From Octopus bimaculoides (taxonomy: Eukaryota): a stretch of 64,000 nt of DNA. The translations under genes and the position numbers were made by a program. The stretch covers positions 40,628,184 to 40,692,183 of the forward strand of contig NC_068986.1 of the NCBI RefSeq assembly GCF_001194135.2, written 5' to 3'. This document shows positions 40,911-54,860 of the stretch, piece after piece; the first letter of the stretch is position 1; the number at the start of each line of letters is the position of its first letter. The notes below the pieces were generated by a model. It saw nothing but the letters and a program-made list of their open reading frames with translations, made no database searches and was not told the origin of the DNA.

Positions 40911-41013
40911 ACAAATGAGAAAAACAGGAAATGGAATTCATGAGATTCTTTATTAGTCACAACGGTTGTTTTGGCCCATCTCGTGAATTCCATTTTCTGT
41001 TTTTCTCATTTGT
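40911..41013. repeat. 36-bp inverted repeat hairpin
   Basis: Arms 40911-40946 and 40978-41013, 2 mismatches (both G.U on the + strand), 31-nt loop. Confidence 0.9.
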
Positions 41014-42289
41014 TACATGCTTGACGGACACTGAGGAATCCATGAAGGATATCCAGTAGGATTTATATCAACACTGTGGATAACATCAGGTACCCACAGA
41101 CAGTGAAAGTGCTTTAACTGGCATGCCACCAGGTGTATACCCAAGGTTTAAATAACTACTTTGTTGATTAAATCTGTGTATTTACATGTTCTAAAACATA
41201 TTCTTCTCAGATATCTATTTTGTATGATATATTTGAAATTCTATTGATGTAGAGATTGTTGTCACACCTCAAATTTATTTAATTTTGAAACTCTTGTAGA
41301 GCTGTTTCAATGAGAAATACCTCACTTTTAGATGAATTGTTGTGTGAAACGTGCGTCTATTATCCATACACTCACAGACAAATCACTGGTGTCATTATAA
41401 TCAATTAACCTTGACCATGACTCAACTGGGACTCAGCTCAGTGGCTATTTCCAGTAACAGATTAAAAGACTGCTTGTATACACACACACACACTGCTCTA
41501 CTTTAAAGTGTAAGAGTCCTGAACAATTTAATTCTTTTCTGGAACAGTGGATCCTGAAGCACATAAATATATTAAGACAGGTAAATAATTTAGTTCACAA
41601 AAGAAATACCATCTCTAACCCACTGAGAAGTGAACGCTCACTACCTCTTTACTCTGACTACATTCTGCCCCAGGTACTACAGTCTGAATGTTCTTCTGAG
41701 AATTATCAGTGTTAGCTAAAGCAAGAACATTTCCTCATATTTTTGGCAGCACTTTCATTGTTTAAAGACTATTGTTGTAGTTTTTACTTATAGTCTATGA
41801 TTTAGGTGTTCTTAAAATTCTGACCCCCATCTGCCTTTCAGTCAAGACAGTAATTTATTTGTCTTTTTCCTGGCTATTTAGCAGATCCATCAGGTTATAG
41901 TTGGTAGTTTTGACAACTGTAAATCTCAGAAAATCAACGACATAGTCTCTTCCAGTCTCCTGCATTTTGTTTTCTGTCCCCAGGGGTTTCCCCATTTTTT
42001 TTTTCCAATCTTTCNNNNNNNNNNCTGTCCCCAGGGGTTTCCCCATTTTTTTTTTCCAATCTTTCTCTCCGTGGCAGAATCATTAGCACACCGGGTGAAA
42101 TGCTTAGTGATATTTTGTCTGTCTTTACGTTCTAAGTTCAAATTCCGCCAAGATTGACTTTGCCTTTCATCCTTTCAGGGGTTGATAAATTAAGTACCAG
42201 TTACGTACTGGGGTCGATGTAATCGACTAGCCCCCTCCCACAAAATTTCAGGCCTTGTGCTTAGAGTAGAAAAGAATCTCTCCTCTCTG

Positions 42290-43140
42290 TTGCTGAGAGT
42301 CAATGGGGTGGTACTGGTGATGAATGACAAGACACCTGAATACATCAGTTATCATCAGCTATTTGTGCTGATGTTACTGAAGATGAGGTGATTTCCTTTG
42401 CTCTGGCTGTCTTCAGAGTCCCAATTGGTAGTGATCTGGAATCAGTGATTGCTCAGCCATGATGTTCACTTTTAGTTCCTACTGTTTTTGTTGTAGCCTC
42501 TGCTGTTGTCTGGCACTGTTTTTTTCTTTTTAGGAAAGGCCCTTAAGTGACCTTTACTACTACATGTGTAACAACTGGGCCTTCTACTCTGCACTCTCAG
42601 TGTTGTACAGTTGTGAGTTTTTTTTTTTTTCTTGTGTGTTTATCAGAAGTCATCAAGCCTTCAAGCGAGCCAAAGATGTGTAGCAACTTCGTGTTCTGCT
42701 ATATGCCACCATTTTGATTGACCTCTTCTCTGCTCCCAAGATGGTGTACAGTCCTGCAGTCCCGGAATACTTCAGTTCTTTGGGAGTCATCAGGCTCTGG
42801 GACATTTGCAATAACAAGACCCCCACCCACGCTCAATCATGTTATTGTGAATCAACACCACGTGTGTAAAGGTGATAACAAGCAATCCTTTGAAACCCGT
42901 ATACTGTGAAACTATTCTGTAGGCAGATATGTGGCACATCAGCTCTTCCTGCCTTCTTACTTGATTCTTTCTTCAACAAGGCCTGTCATGTCAATGAAGT
43001 GTACATCCTGCATCACTGCTAGCTTCTTCCAATTTTTCTTTTGAGAACATATAGAAATCCGGCTGCCTCTGTTTCTAAAACTGAGAGGTTTTTGACTTCT
43101 ATTCTAACCTTTCCAGCATTGCTTTTGTGATAAATCTCAT
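42290..43140 (-). mobile_element. Decayed retroelement ORF1/gag-like relic with zinc knuckle
   Basis: Minus strand VEGPSCYTCSSKGHLRAFPK at about 42530-42590 is a broken CX2CX4HX4C motif. The surrounding frames are interrupted by stops. Confidence 0.55.
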
Positions 43141-44333
43141 TCTTTCTTTTTCTTTTTCATTAAACTAGCCCAAATCTCTCCTTTTTAACCCATAACATTT
43201 GGAAAAAAAAAAGAGTATGTTTGTGTTGCTGCTTGTTTTGTTATCTTTATCTTTCCATTCAAATTATTTCTGAAGCTGTTCTTTTCCATGTCTTCCACTG
43301 CACAACTGTTAATGTATAACTTAAAATGGATTTTTTTTTGCCATTGATTATTTAGCATTAAGTTCAGATTATATTTTGTTTAAAAATGATTAAGGGCATA
43401 TTTGTCTATGTTATTTGGGCTACCGATACTTCTGAAGCCATTTTGAACTGTGAAGAGAATACATATGACTATTTTGTTGAAAATATAGAAGCAGTTAAAA
43501 GTGTCTAAAGAGAAACCTTTCTTGTACCTCAGGTATAGAGAAGAACATTGAAACAATCTTGAAAACTGTTAATAAAGCTGGAGTAGTTAAAAAAAAAAAC
43601 TCTCTTTGCTTTAAAACTTTGGTGTTTAAATTGGCAATATGTGGCCCAAATATTCTATCCATTTTAAGCTCAAACTAGCCAAATCTGGCCTCGTACATCT
43701 ACCATTCTAAAAATAAAGCCATATCATTGAAACCACAATGCTTTAAGATAATGTATGATTAATTTAAAGCAACATGAATAAATAAGCATTAAAACAATCC
43801 AGTTAAAAAAATTTTTTTTTCACAATATTCTTATGGGGACATGTTTGCTTTCGTATATAATAATAACCATAATTGTTTCTGACAAAGGCACAAAATTTGA
43901 AATGGTGTTTGTAGTCATTTATATAAACCTCAATGCTTGATTAGTGTTCTATTGATGAAAGGCAAAGTTGATTTCAGTGGGATTTGAATTCGGAACACAA
44001 AGAGCTGGAACAGTTCTAACATAGCAAAAATGCTATGTCTGACATTCCAATGATTTGGTCAATAATCCAAAAGAAAGCTGTTAATGTGTGTGTATGTTTC
44101 CATACATACATGAACATCAATGCATATTTTTATTCTGGCATGACAGGCATGATGGCTGTATAGTTAAGAAACTCACTTTGTAATCATGGGGTTTCAGGTT
44201 GTCCAACTGTGCCACACTTTAGGCAAGTGCCTTCTGCTATAGCCTCAAGCTGACCAATACTTTGTGAGTGAATTTGGTAGATGAAAACTGGGTGGAAACC
44301 TATCGTACACACACACAAACATACATATATATA

Positions 44334-44456
44334 CACGGGTGTGTCATAAAGTAATGCAATTTTTATTTGCTTTACTTTTAACTGACTCTTGTATATGCAA
44401 AGGTAAGGAAATGAAATGCAAATAAAAATTGCATTACCTCCTGACTTGGCCTCATA
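44334..44456. mobile_element. Small mariner-like MITE nested in a SINE
   Basis: Perfect 20-bp IR gtaatgcaatttttatttgc (44351-44370)/(44418-44437), with TA at the flanks. Confidence 0.6.
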
Positions 44457-47400
44457 TGTGTGTGATTGTATTTGTCTTCCTAGACAACTAGTGTTGGTTT
44501 GTTTACATCTCTGTAACTTAGAAGTTAAGTAAAAGAGATTGATAGAATAAGTACCAGACTTAAAAAACAATTAACTGCTGGGTTCGACTTATTCAACTTA
44601 AACTCTCCAAGGTAGTGTCCCAGCATGGCCACAGTCCAATGACTGAAACAAGTCAAAGATAAAAGATGTGTTGGCTACAGACATAACTGGTCTGCCTTAT
44701 AGCAGTATTGCACATCAATGGAATAGTACCAAATGCAGCTACAGCTTTGTCTAAATCACAGATACAGGCATTGCTGTGTGGTTAGGAAGTTTGCTTCTCA
44801 AACATGTGGTTTCAAGTTCAACCCCACTACATGGTACCTTGGGCAATTGTTTTCTGCTATAGACTAACCAAAGCTTTGTGAGTGGATTTGGTAAACAGAA
44901 ACTGAAAGAAACCTATAGTATATTTGTGTGTGTGTTTGGGTCTCCTTGCTTTTGCATCCCAAGTTAGTTGTAAAAAAAGTGTCACTGTCACACAAGTGGT
45001 GTCATTTGTTTCCAATCATCCACAAAAAACGTCCGGTCTGGGGAAAATATTACCTTACTTGGAAAGAAGTGAGGGTTAGCAACAAGAAAGGTATCCAGCT
45101 GTAGGAAATCTGTGTCAATTAATTCTGCCTGTCCCATGCAAGGATGAAAAAGTGGACATTAAAATGATGATAATACTTGCAAACAGAGGAATGAAAACAA
45201 TACACATGCACACATACATCCCTACACAATGTAATTTATATATATTTTCCTTGATCCTTAATCTCCACTAATGTATCTTGTATTGCAAGTATATATAATT
45301 GTGATTGTTCCATTTATTGTCTGTTTTTTTGTTTTTTTGTATTATTGAGAACTGAAAACAAGGACCAAACAAAAAACTTAACAAGAACACATACAACAAA
45401 CCAATTTTATAAGATGATATTTCTAACTCTTTCTAAATAGACATTTTTTTTTCTTTCTTATCACCTACCCCAAACTAGACCACTAGCTTCCTTCCTCGTC
45501 CCATTCTTAAATAAACCATGGGCTCTTCTTCTTCACTCCCTTTTAAAATATACCACCATCATCTTCTTTCATTAAGCCACTGGAAGTAAGAAAAAGAAAA
45601 TAAAGCATTTTTCTTTCCATCAATGTAAATTCTCATCAATAGTTCAATATAATTTTTGAAACTATCATTATTATTGGTTTGTGTTTTAATATTGTACACC
45701 ACATTTTGTGGATCAGTTTTCTCATGACTTTATTCAGGAAGACTTGCTGTTCATACAGAAACAATAAACTCTATTTTGTTATTTGTGGTAATTTAATTTC
45801 CAATGTAAGCAGCAATTGTCAATTGAAGTAATATGTTCTTTGTTAATTTTGATTATCTTATTTCATGACACTTTGCCTCTAAAGCTTTGTTTCATTGCTT
45901 TAATATCCTTTGACATGTTTCTTTTTTGTTAATATTGCTATGAAGTAGCTTCAAGTTTTATATGTAAACAAGTCTACTCACAACTAGTATGTACTATTAA
46001 GTACCTCATACCATGTTTTCTTAGGCCAAGTTCTGTCTAAATCATAAGTGTCAGATTATGGAACAAGAGAGAAAGGAAGTGAGTTTAATGTCCTGATTGG
46101 ATTTGAAATACAATGCTAGGTGATTCAAAGAAGCAGTTATCCCCCACCAAATTCCAAATTTGCTATATCAATAGATATTTCATATAGTGAACAGGAGAGT
46201 GGAAACTATGTAGTAAATAAGAGCATAGCTTCCTATATGAAATTTTAGTTGTTTATTAGTCATAAATTTAAAATGGTTGGCTTCACTTCTCTTAAATGTT
46301 GAATGGATGTTATCTAAGAAAGAAATAAGCCTGTAGCATTAACCTATTTTAATTCCAACTACTGTATGTATTTCTGGGAAATGTCTCTTAAAAACATGTA
46401 GCTAAAGTTATGAGTTGAATGCTGAGAAGAAGATAGTATCAAACTCTGCCAAATCAGATTGGAGCCTGGTGTAGCCATCTGGTTCACCAGTCCTCAGTCA
46501 AATCGTCCAACCCATGCTAGCATGGAAAGCGGACGTTAAACGATGATGATGATCCGTCATCATCCTAAAGTTCTTAATAATCCTTATAATCATCCTAAAG
46601 TTCTAATTCGGTTTTCTATCTAGTTTGCAAAATTCTTTGTGAATTCATGTGTTGAAACAAATTTTGTTGTTTAACCAATTTAACAAGTAATCAATTTGTT
46701 AGTTGGATATTTAACCAATTGACTAATAATAAAAGGGTGGAATTGAACCAGTGTGTGTGTTAATATTGACATAATGACTCTCCCTAGACATAAAATCAAA
46801 GTATTAATATTTGTAAATAAAGTTCCAAATTTAGAATCTTGCTAAAATTGACATCTTTCCATTTCTGGATAAATTTTCTTGGTTTCTTAGCTTTGAAAAA
46901 TTGATTAAGAGTCACTAATTAAATATTCTTAATCATGCTCCCATCGAATATGGTAATAATAAGATGCTTATGACAGATTAACTTATGCAGACTCATGAAT
47001 TTCACTGTATAATTTTTGTTGATGCAGACCACTACCAATTTCTATGGACTCTGATCAAGTGTGTATGTGTGTGTGCATTCATGTATGCAATGTATGTATG
47101 TATAAAACAGAAATTTGTAAGTTTCTGTACCATAACAATATGATTTTAATAAGAGTTTTCATTTTTCAAATATTTTAATTCTATTGGAACTTTTCCAAAA
47201 TTTGCAGTATAAAGAGGGATATGTATATGTGTGCATGTCTATAGGTATGGTGATGCCAACAGGAAAAATAGAACACAGTATATGAGTAAATGTATATTTT
47301 TATTAATATTTAGCAGAAGCAACAGAGTGAGTCAAGATCCAAGAGTTTTGTGCATTAGCACTTATCACTTTGATAAGTGCTAACACATGAAACCCTTAAA

Positions 47401-47463
47401 TCTTGAGTCACTCTGTTGCTTTTGCTAAATATTAATGAATGTGTGTTTGTGTGTGTGTATCTA

Positions 47464-47512
<49 letters not shown>

Positions 47513-49892
47513 TTAAAAGTATCAAAATCCATTTGTTGAAGTAAAAATGAAAATGAATTTAAAAAGTATACATATGTCCCCAAACTGCATTGTTATGGAT
47601 TTAATATCTCTGTAAAACATTAATGAAACAATACTTCAAAATAACCTCACATACCACTTTAACACCTTACATCTCAGTTGAAATAATGTTTATTCATACA
47701 TATGCAACAAAACTTCCTTAAACAAGAAACCCCTAAACAAGTATTACCCTTACCAGAATTAAAATTCCTATGAAGGACAATTACACAATATCAATCACTG
47801 GTATAATCATCATCATCATCGTCATTATTTAATGTCCCTTTTTCCATGCTGGCATGAGTTGTACAGTTTCACAGAAAGTGACAGACCAGAGGACTGCACT
47901 GAGCTCCATTTTCTCGTATGGTTTGGTTTCTACAGTGGATGCCCTTCCTAATTCCAACCACTTTGCAGAGTGTACTGGGTGTTTTTATATGATGCTGGCA
48001 CTAGTGAGGACACCACGTACTCACAAGACAAGACGCCTTAATTGAGTGGAGTATAGTTTTGAAGTAAGTGAGAGTATAATAGAGAGAAAGAAACTGGTGT
48101 CTTGCTGAAGAGGAGATACTAGTAGGCTTCCCCTACTGCAAAAGAAAAAAAAAACAGTGAGATAGTGCAGACATATTCTCAAGGTACAAGGTGAATATAT
48201 ACAAAACCACCATAACCCGAGATACTCTGTAACCAAGTTTAACCCTACAATAACCAGAATTTCAATGAAGAATCACAAGAACACAAAATACAAAAGGTTC
48301 ACAGTTAACAAGTACATCGAACATATACATCCATCATCAGCTGCCTGGCAGATATCATTATAGTTTTGATACCTCAGCAAAGGATTCTATTTTATTGACT
48401 TGCTACTTTTAAGATCCTTAAGTAAAATAATTTGAACATGAACATTTGTCGTTAACCTGTCAGGAATACTGCCATTCGTTGTGGATCTAGTACAAAAACA
48501 ATGGTGGTAAATTCTTTTGAGTTACTGATAAATTAATAAATTGCAGATTAATAAAATACCACCGTGGCTGATTGGCTAGAATATCTTACAATTTAAATTT
48601 AAGCATTTTTCACTTTACTTTGACAAATAGAATTTAATATTATTATGTCTACCATAAGGCCATAAGCTGGCTGAATCTTTAACATGTGGGGCAAAATGCT
48701 TGGCAGCATTTCATCCATCTTCATGTTCTGAGTTCAAATTCTACCTTTCATCCTTTCAGATTCCATAAAATAAGTACCAGTTATATAGTGGGGTCGATGT
48801 AATTGATTTATCCATTCCCCAAAACTGCTGGCCTTGTACCAAAATTTGAAACCAGTACTATTATGCCTCCCTGGTGTATTTTTTTTCTCATATATATCTC
48901 ACTTCCACTATACTTTTTGGAAAGGGGCTTTTTGAGAACTCATTTCAAAAATTGCTACCTAAACAAAAAAATAGTTTGTGTTTTTGTTTTAAATTGCATT
49001 GTTAGGGCTTTCAAATCTCTGTTCAATATCATTGATACAATGTTTCAAAATAACCCCCCGTGTGTGTGTGTGTTATGGAAAGAGGCAGTGATTTTGCAGG
49101 AATGTTAGAGTAAGATATTTTCACAAAAATTCTCTACTGAATACAAGTCTATGATTAATATTAAATCTTATCATATGTGGTGATGTTGCCATCTGTCTTT
49201 GTGCCATATTCTTGACAGTGATGTCTATAAATAGCTTCATAGCAAGAAATATTATAAGGTTGTAAATGTGATTTGTAAACTTACCTCAACCAAGCCAAAA
49301 TCAAATTTAGGAAGTCAATAATTTTTGTTGTCATACTTTAGATTGTGTCAATGTGGAATGGACTGTATACCCTTTCACAGTTATGAAATTATTTTTAAAA
49401 GTATTATTAATACAGAAGTATTTGGGAAGATTTTGTTTGCATTTTGATTACTTCATTATATTCAAGAGCTGAGGTTGCAAAAATCAGTCACAATTTAATA
49501 CTCAGGATTCCTCATATTTCAGCTTTGGTCAATTTCAGATCAGAGAGGAAACTCATTACAAAGGAGAAACCTAAGACACAAAAATATTTTCCATGTTTTT
49601 CACTTTTCTATATTAGATAACACCATATTTTTTACAGCTGTGATATATTCTGTTTCTAATTAAACATATTACAGGCTTATCTACTGTTATTTTTTTGGAG
49701 ATAGATGTACAAGTACCTAATGATTTGAAGTAGACAAATTTTCATCACTTGGTTGTTTCTAAGTGATGGTTTTAACATCTCTGAGGGTCATCATTGCCAC
49801 ATGAAGTTGCTACATATGATACAGGGTGTCTCAGAATTAACTATTTATTTCAGTGAAATTTTTTTTTAAAATTCACTTTTATTTATGTTTAT

Positions 49893-50262
49893 TTTGTTTA
49901 CTCTTTTACTTGGTTCAGTCATTTGACTGCAACCATGCTGGAACACCATCTTTAGTCGAGCAAACCGACCCCAGGACTTATTCTATTGGACTCTTTTGCC
50001 GAACCGCTAAGTTACGGGGATGTAAACACACCAGCATTGGTTGTCAAGTAATGTTGGAGGGACAAGCACAGACTCACAAACACACACACACACACACATA
50101 TATACATATACATATATAATACGGGCTTCTTTCAGTTTCCGTCTACCAAATCCACTCACAAGGCTTTGGTCGAAGACACTTGCCTAAGGTGCCATGCAGT
50201 GGGACTGAACCCGGAACCATGTGGTTCGTAAGCAAGCTACTTACCACACAGCCACTCCTGCA
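49893..50262 (-). mobile_element. Abundant SINE family (head aggagtggctgtgtggtaag); other copies at about 2800, 12700, 17530, 24030, 32500(+), 44770(+), 60903
   Basis: Recurring ggttccgggttcagtcccactg...ccttaggcaagtgtctt...gtgagtggatttggtagacggaaactgaaagaagcccg with an internal (CA/TA)n. Confidence 0.85.
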
Positions 50263-52299
50263 CCTATTTTTTTTAATAATCTTATTTCCATTCCTGTTGG
50301 ATCCTGCTTATGTGTCCATGACAGCTTTTTTTCAATTTGGCTGCAATCATTTTCTCTACCTCCATCCTGATAATGGAGCAATAGTTTAGCTGAACTTAAA
50401 GAACACATTCAGTTAGCAGTACAGGACATAACTCCAGAAATGCTTCAAAATGTGTTTTGCAATGCTGAAATTTGCAGGGATGGAGCACATGTTGAAAATT
50501 TTAAATAAAGTTTTGACAAGATTTATAAATCTATTTATTTTGGTGTCATAATTAAGTAATAAACATAAAATTCTGTCAGTTTTTTTTTGTTTTTTTTTCA
50601 ATTTGCCCAATTTCATTGAAATATATAATTCTGGGATACCTTTTATATATCATTGAAGTAGCTATGTCCCGTTATCACATCTCAACGAAACAAGGTTCAG
50701 ATTATTGAACTTAATCTCACAACTTAATAATTTCATAAAATAATTTATTCATTGCATCTTTTATTTCATTGTTTACATGTAGGATTTGAAAATCAATATT
50801 TTCATCTATCAAAATTTTCACCGACTATTCGGTGGTCTCCCTCTTTGTAGAGTGGTGCCCTTGCTTGAGACTTATTCACGTCTAAACAGATTGGGTCGAG
50901 ATTATTGAACATCTGAGATTTAGACAGAGCTTAGCTCCAACTCATGACTTATAAAAAGCTGTATTCTGTTAACGTTTGGGTAAAAATATTGTTTATTATT
51001 TTCATGTAAAGCAACTTTTAAAATAAAGAAGTTTTATTTTCTTTTGTGCTAAATAATAGATTTTTATTTCGAATTTTCATTCAGGAAATATTTCATAAAT
51101 TGTACTTAAAAAAAAAAAGAATTTGTTGTAATTTCATTGCATTTGGGAACGGTTTGATTACGGTAACATAATTCGAAAATGTTGCAAGATTTTACAATTA
51201 ACGTTTATGTTTTGATTAAAAATCTCTCTCATTAATCGGGAAACGAAGGAAGGTAATTACACCTGTTTTATAAACAGTTAAACCAATTTAATTGCATCAG
51301 CATGAATTTCACTAATCTTTGGATAATTTCTTACGTTGGCTCTTAGCCATCCACCTTAAGGCAGTACTAATTATTCAGCAAGCTTTGGACCGGAAGTATT
51401 CTGGATTTGTGGATTTCCCGGTTTTCTGGAGACAAATATATGCCTTAAAAATATAAAATAAACTATGAAAAGTAATTAAACTACACTGGATTTAACAGAT
51501 TGAAATTAATACATTCGTAAATTAGGGTCTGTTTGATAATTATCCAAACAAAAAAGTAAAGAACATGATTTTATTAGACAGATACAAGTACACACTAATA
51601 GTCAGTTGAAGTAGGGTATGTTTAATCTCTATTCATCCGCTTAAAAATAAAAGAATAAAATAAATTAACAAACTTCGAAAGCAGGGTCTATTTACTCAAT
51701 ACAGAGTACAGTATTCCAGGATTTCTAGAAAATCTGGATTTAGGGAAGCCGGATAAGATGAAGCTGTAGTGTAATGGGACGAGCCTAACTAACTGAATTA
51801 ATGTTGAAGTTTAAAAGACAAAGTTGTAGAACCAACGAAAATAAAGGGACATAACTATAGATTTTAAAGCATTTATATCCATTGCACCGTAGTTACTGCT
51901 ATTTCTTCGACTTAAATAGTTTCATGTTTTCTTTTTCTTCACATGTGAAACATTTGAATTTTACTAATGTTGCAGTTTTGTCTATGATAGCATATTTATT
52001 ATTAGCTTTCCTTAAAATGTCTTATTATGAGCATAGTCATTAGTAGAGTATTATTTTTAGTTTCGTCTCTATATTCAGTTCAAATTGGGTAGGGGTAGAT
52101 TTCCCTTTTCATTTTTCGAGACAGAATATAGTCAAATAAATCGACAATGCCCTCTCCAAATTATCACCTTGTATCACTGTAAGGAATCTAGTTTTATTGA
52201 CCTAAGGAGAGCGATAGAGGCAGAAACATTAAAGCGCACTGCTAAATTGTATTTCAGTAATTTAGCTTTGTCTTTACTTCGCGTTTGAATTTTATTTCC

Positions 52300-52700
52300 A
52301 ATACTTTGTGGCCGATAGAATGTGCTACTTACTGGTATTTGAGACGAATATGTTTGTATGTCCACAATTTAATTTTGTACCGATCACTTGTCTCTTAGCA
52401 CGGTCAGGTCGACAAACAACTCCCCTGGTGATTTTCTTGACGGTCGCTCGCCCCATCATGGATATGAGCAGTTCTCTGTCGTTGCTGCAGAGAAGGAGTC
52501 GGCAACCTTTTTTAGAGGAGCGGATCGAGAAAGTCCAGCAGGTTACCCATAACTGACGTAGAGATTGTTGCCTGAGATAACACTGCGTAATGACTCTCGG
52601 AATTTGAATGATTGATAGAAATTATGGCCAAACTATGTCCATTTCTGCTTACTCACGCTATTTATTGGGGTTTTTTTTATTCCCCATTTTTAGCACACTG
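52300..52700. promoter_or_regulatory. Repeat-free, relatively CpG-rich island, possibly a promoter or first-exon region
   Basis: CpG density is raised against the background and there is no recognisable repeat. Minus-strand consensus donors GTAAGT (52332) and GTGAGT (52656). Confidence 0.25.
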
Positions 52701-53261
52701 GCGTTACACCCCTTTAGATTATTGATAAGGACTCACAATATGGATTTTAGTTCAATACTTGTGGTCTGCAAATGTAAACCTATAACGGAAGAGTTATTTC
52801 CCTTGTTACACTTTCCTTTCCCTCCAACTTCCATCTCATCTTTCTTTGTATCCAATTAAATATTATTTATTAATATTCTAATATTTTTCTATTTTCAATT
52901 GCTACTACCCAAAATTATTGTTACCACTATAGTTACTAACGAATACTGCCACGACAACAACTAAACACACCTTATTTTTTTGTTTGTTTCAAGTATCAAA
53001 TATTATCATTTGGTCAAATAATCAGGTTGAAACACAATTGTCGTTTGTTCAAGTTATGAAAATGTGAACTTGCAAGTTTTAATCATCTGCAGGAGATTTA
53101 TTTTCAAAGCACTTCTTCACTGTTTATATTGTTAGCATATCTCAATAAATTACTCATTTTATTCTTATATTTCTTTTTAGTTCTTGTTTTATCGAGTTGT
53201 CAGATGAAACCATTTAATAAAAACGTTTGTTTGGAGAATGGGATGTTCTTACAGGACATAT

Positions 53262-53293
<32 letters not shown>

Positions 53294-53574
53294 NNNNNNN
53301 NNNNNNNNNNNNNNNNNNNNNNNNNNNNNNNNNNNNNNNNNNNNNNNNNNNNNNNNNNNNNNNNNNNNNNNNNNNNNNNNNNNNNNNNNNNNNNNNNNNN
53401 NNNNNNNNNNNNNNNNNNNNNNNNNNNNNNNNNNNNNNNNNNNNNNNNNNNNNNNNNNNNNNNNNNNNNNNNNNNNNNNNNNNNNNNNNNNNNNNNNNNN
53501 NNNNNNNNNNNNNNNNNNNNNNNNNNNNNNNNNNNNNNNNNNNNAGATTTACGGATATATATATTAATATATAT

Positions 53575-54860
53575 CATCATCATCATCGTTTAACATCCGC
53601 TTTCCATGCTAGCATGAGTTGGACGATTTGACTGAGGACTGGTGAACTGGATGGCTGCACCAGGCTCCAATCTGATGTACCAGAGTTTCTACAGCTGGAT
53701 GCCCTTCCTAACGCCAACCACTCCAAGAGTGTAGTTGGTGCTTCTATGTGCCACCGGCACGAGGGACAGTCAGGCGATACTGGCAATGGCCATGCTCAAA
53801 TGGTGTTTTTTACGTGCCACCTGCACAGGAGTCAGTCCAGCGGCACTGGCAACGACCTTGCTCGAATGTTTTTTCATGTGCCACCAGCACAAGTGCCAGT
53901 AAGACGACGCTGGTAACGATCGCACTCAAATGGTGCTATTTACGAGCCACTGGCACGGAAGCCAGACAGCTGCTCTGGCAATGATCACGCTCGGACGGTG
54001 CTGTTAGTGCTCCACTGGCACGGGTGCCAGTCATTGAATTTGGTTCAATTACGATTTCGATTTCACTTGCCCCAACACATCTTCACAAGCAGAGATTAGT
54101 GTCCAGAGAAGGAAAGGTACGCATAAGTGGGCTGGTTACACTCCTGGCACTTTTTCACACAGCTATCCTCATCCATTCTCGCCACATGAACATAGCAGTG
54201 CAATCGTCTCTCTTGCACACCACAACTGATGCTTTTTAAGTCCAACTTTTCTCTCGAGTATGCGCACTGACATTACACATCCATCGGAGCATACTGGCTT
54301 CATTCCTTGCAAGCTTACATATATCTTCAGCAGTCACGGCCCATGTTTTACTGCCATTTAGCATGGCAGTTTGTACATATGCATCATACAGTCTGCCTTT
54401 TACTCTGAGCGAGAGGCCCTTTATCACCAGCAGAGGTAAGAGCTCTCTGAACTTTACCCAGGTTATTCTTATTCTAGCAGCTACACTTTCAGTGCACCCT
54501 CCCTCGCTACTGACTTGGTCACCTAGGTAACAGAAGCTATCAACTACTTCTTGTTTTTCTCCCTGGAATGTGGCAGAAGGTGTTTACTGCACATTTTCAG
54601 TGTTTATTGCTCCTGAACATCTGTCACATACAAAAATTAACTTCTTAGTTAGCCTTCCTTTGATATTACTGCACCTCTTATGTGTCCATAGCTTACATTG
54701 GGTACATTTTATAGAGTTTCTACCTACGCCTTTTCTACAGATCATGCAGGGCCATCTACATATATATAGAATAGTTACCATGAAGCATTGTATAGAATAT
54801 AATGTATAAAGGATCATGGATAAGGCCAGGCAATGCGAAGTAAGAGCAAAGCAAATCACA
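53575..54860 (-). mobile_element. RTE-clade LINE 3' fragment (RT C-terminus, 3' UTR, (GAT)n tail)
   Basis: WPCMICRKGVGRNSIKCTQCKLWTHKRCS and KGLSLRVKGRLYDAYVQTAMLNGSKTWAVT, frameshifted. Ends ...GTTAAACGATGATGATG. Confidence 0.9.

Noticed and set aside
41974-42064. 40-bp direct repeat flanking a 10-N gap
   Set aside because: Typical unmerged contig overlap, an assembly artefact.
44690-44760. Minus-strand DKAVAAFGTIPLMCNTA, faintly like the SDR motif FGxLDxLVNNAG
   Set aside because: It lacks D and NNAG, has no usable splice sites, and lies downstream of the minus-strand terminal exon.
49285-49334. MTTKIIDFLNLILAWLR as an ARL8-like N-terminus
   Set aside because: No P-loop GTPase exons were found downstream, so no gene name is given.
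52458-52556. Plus-strand ORF MDMSSSLSLLQRRSRQPFLEERIEKVQQ as a first coding exon
   Set aside because: No recognisable homology, a weak donor, and it does not encode the SDR N-terminus needed for the downstream exon.
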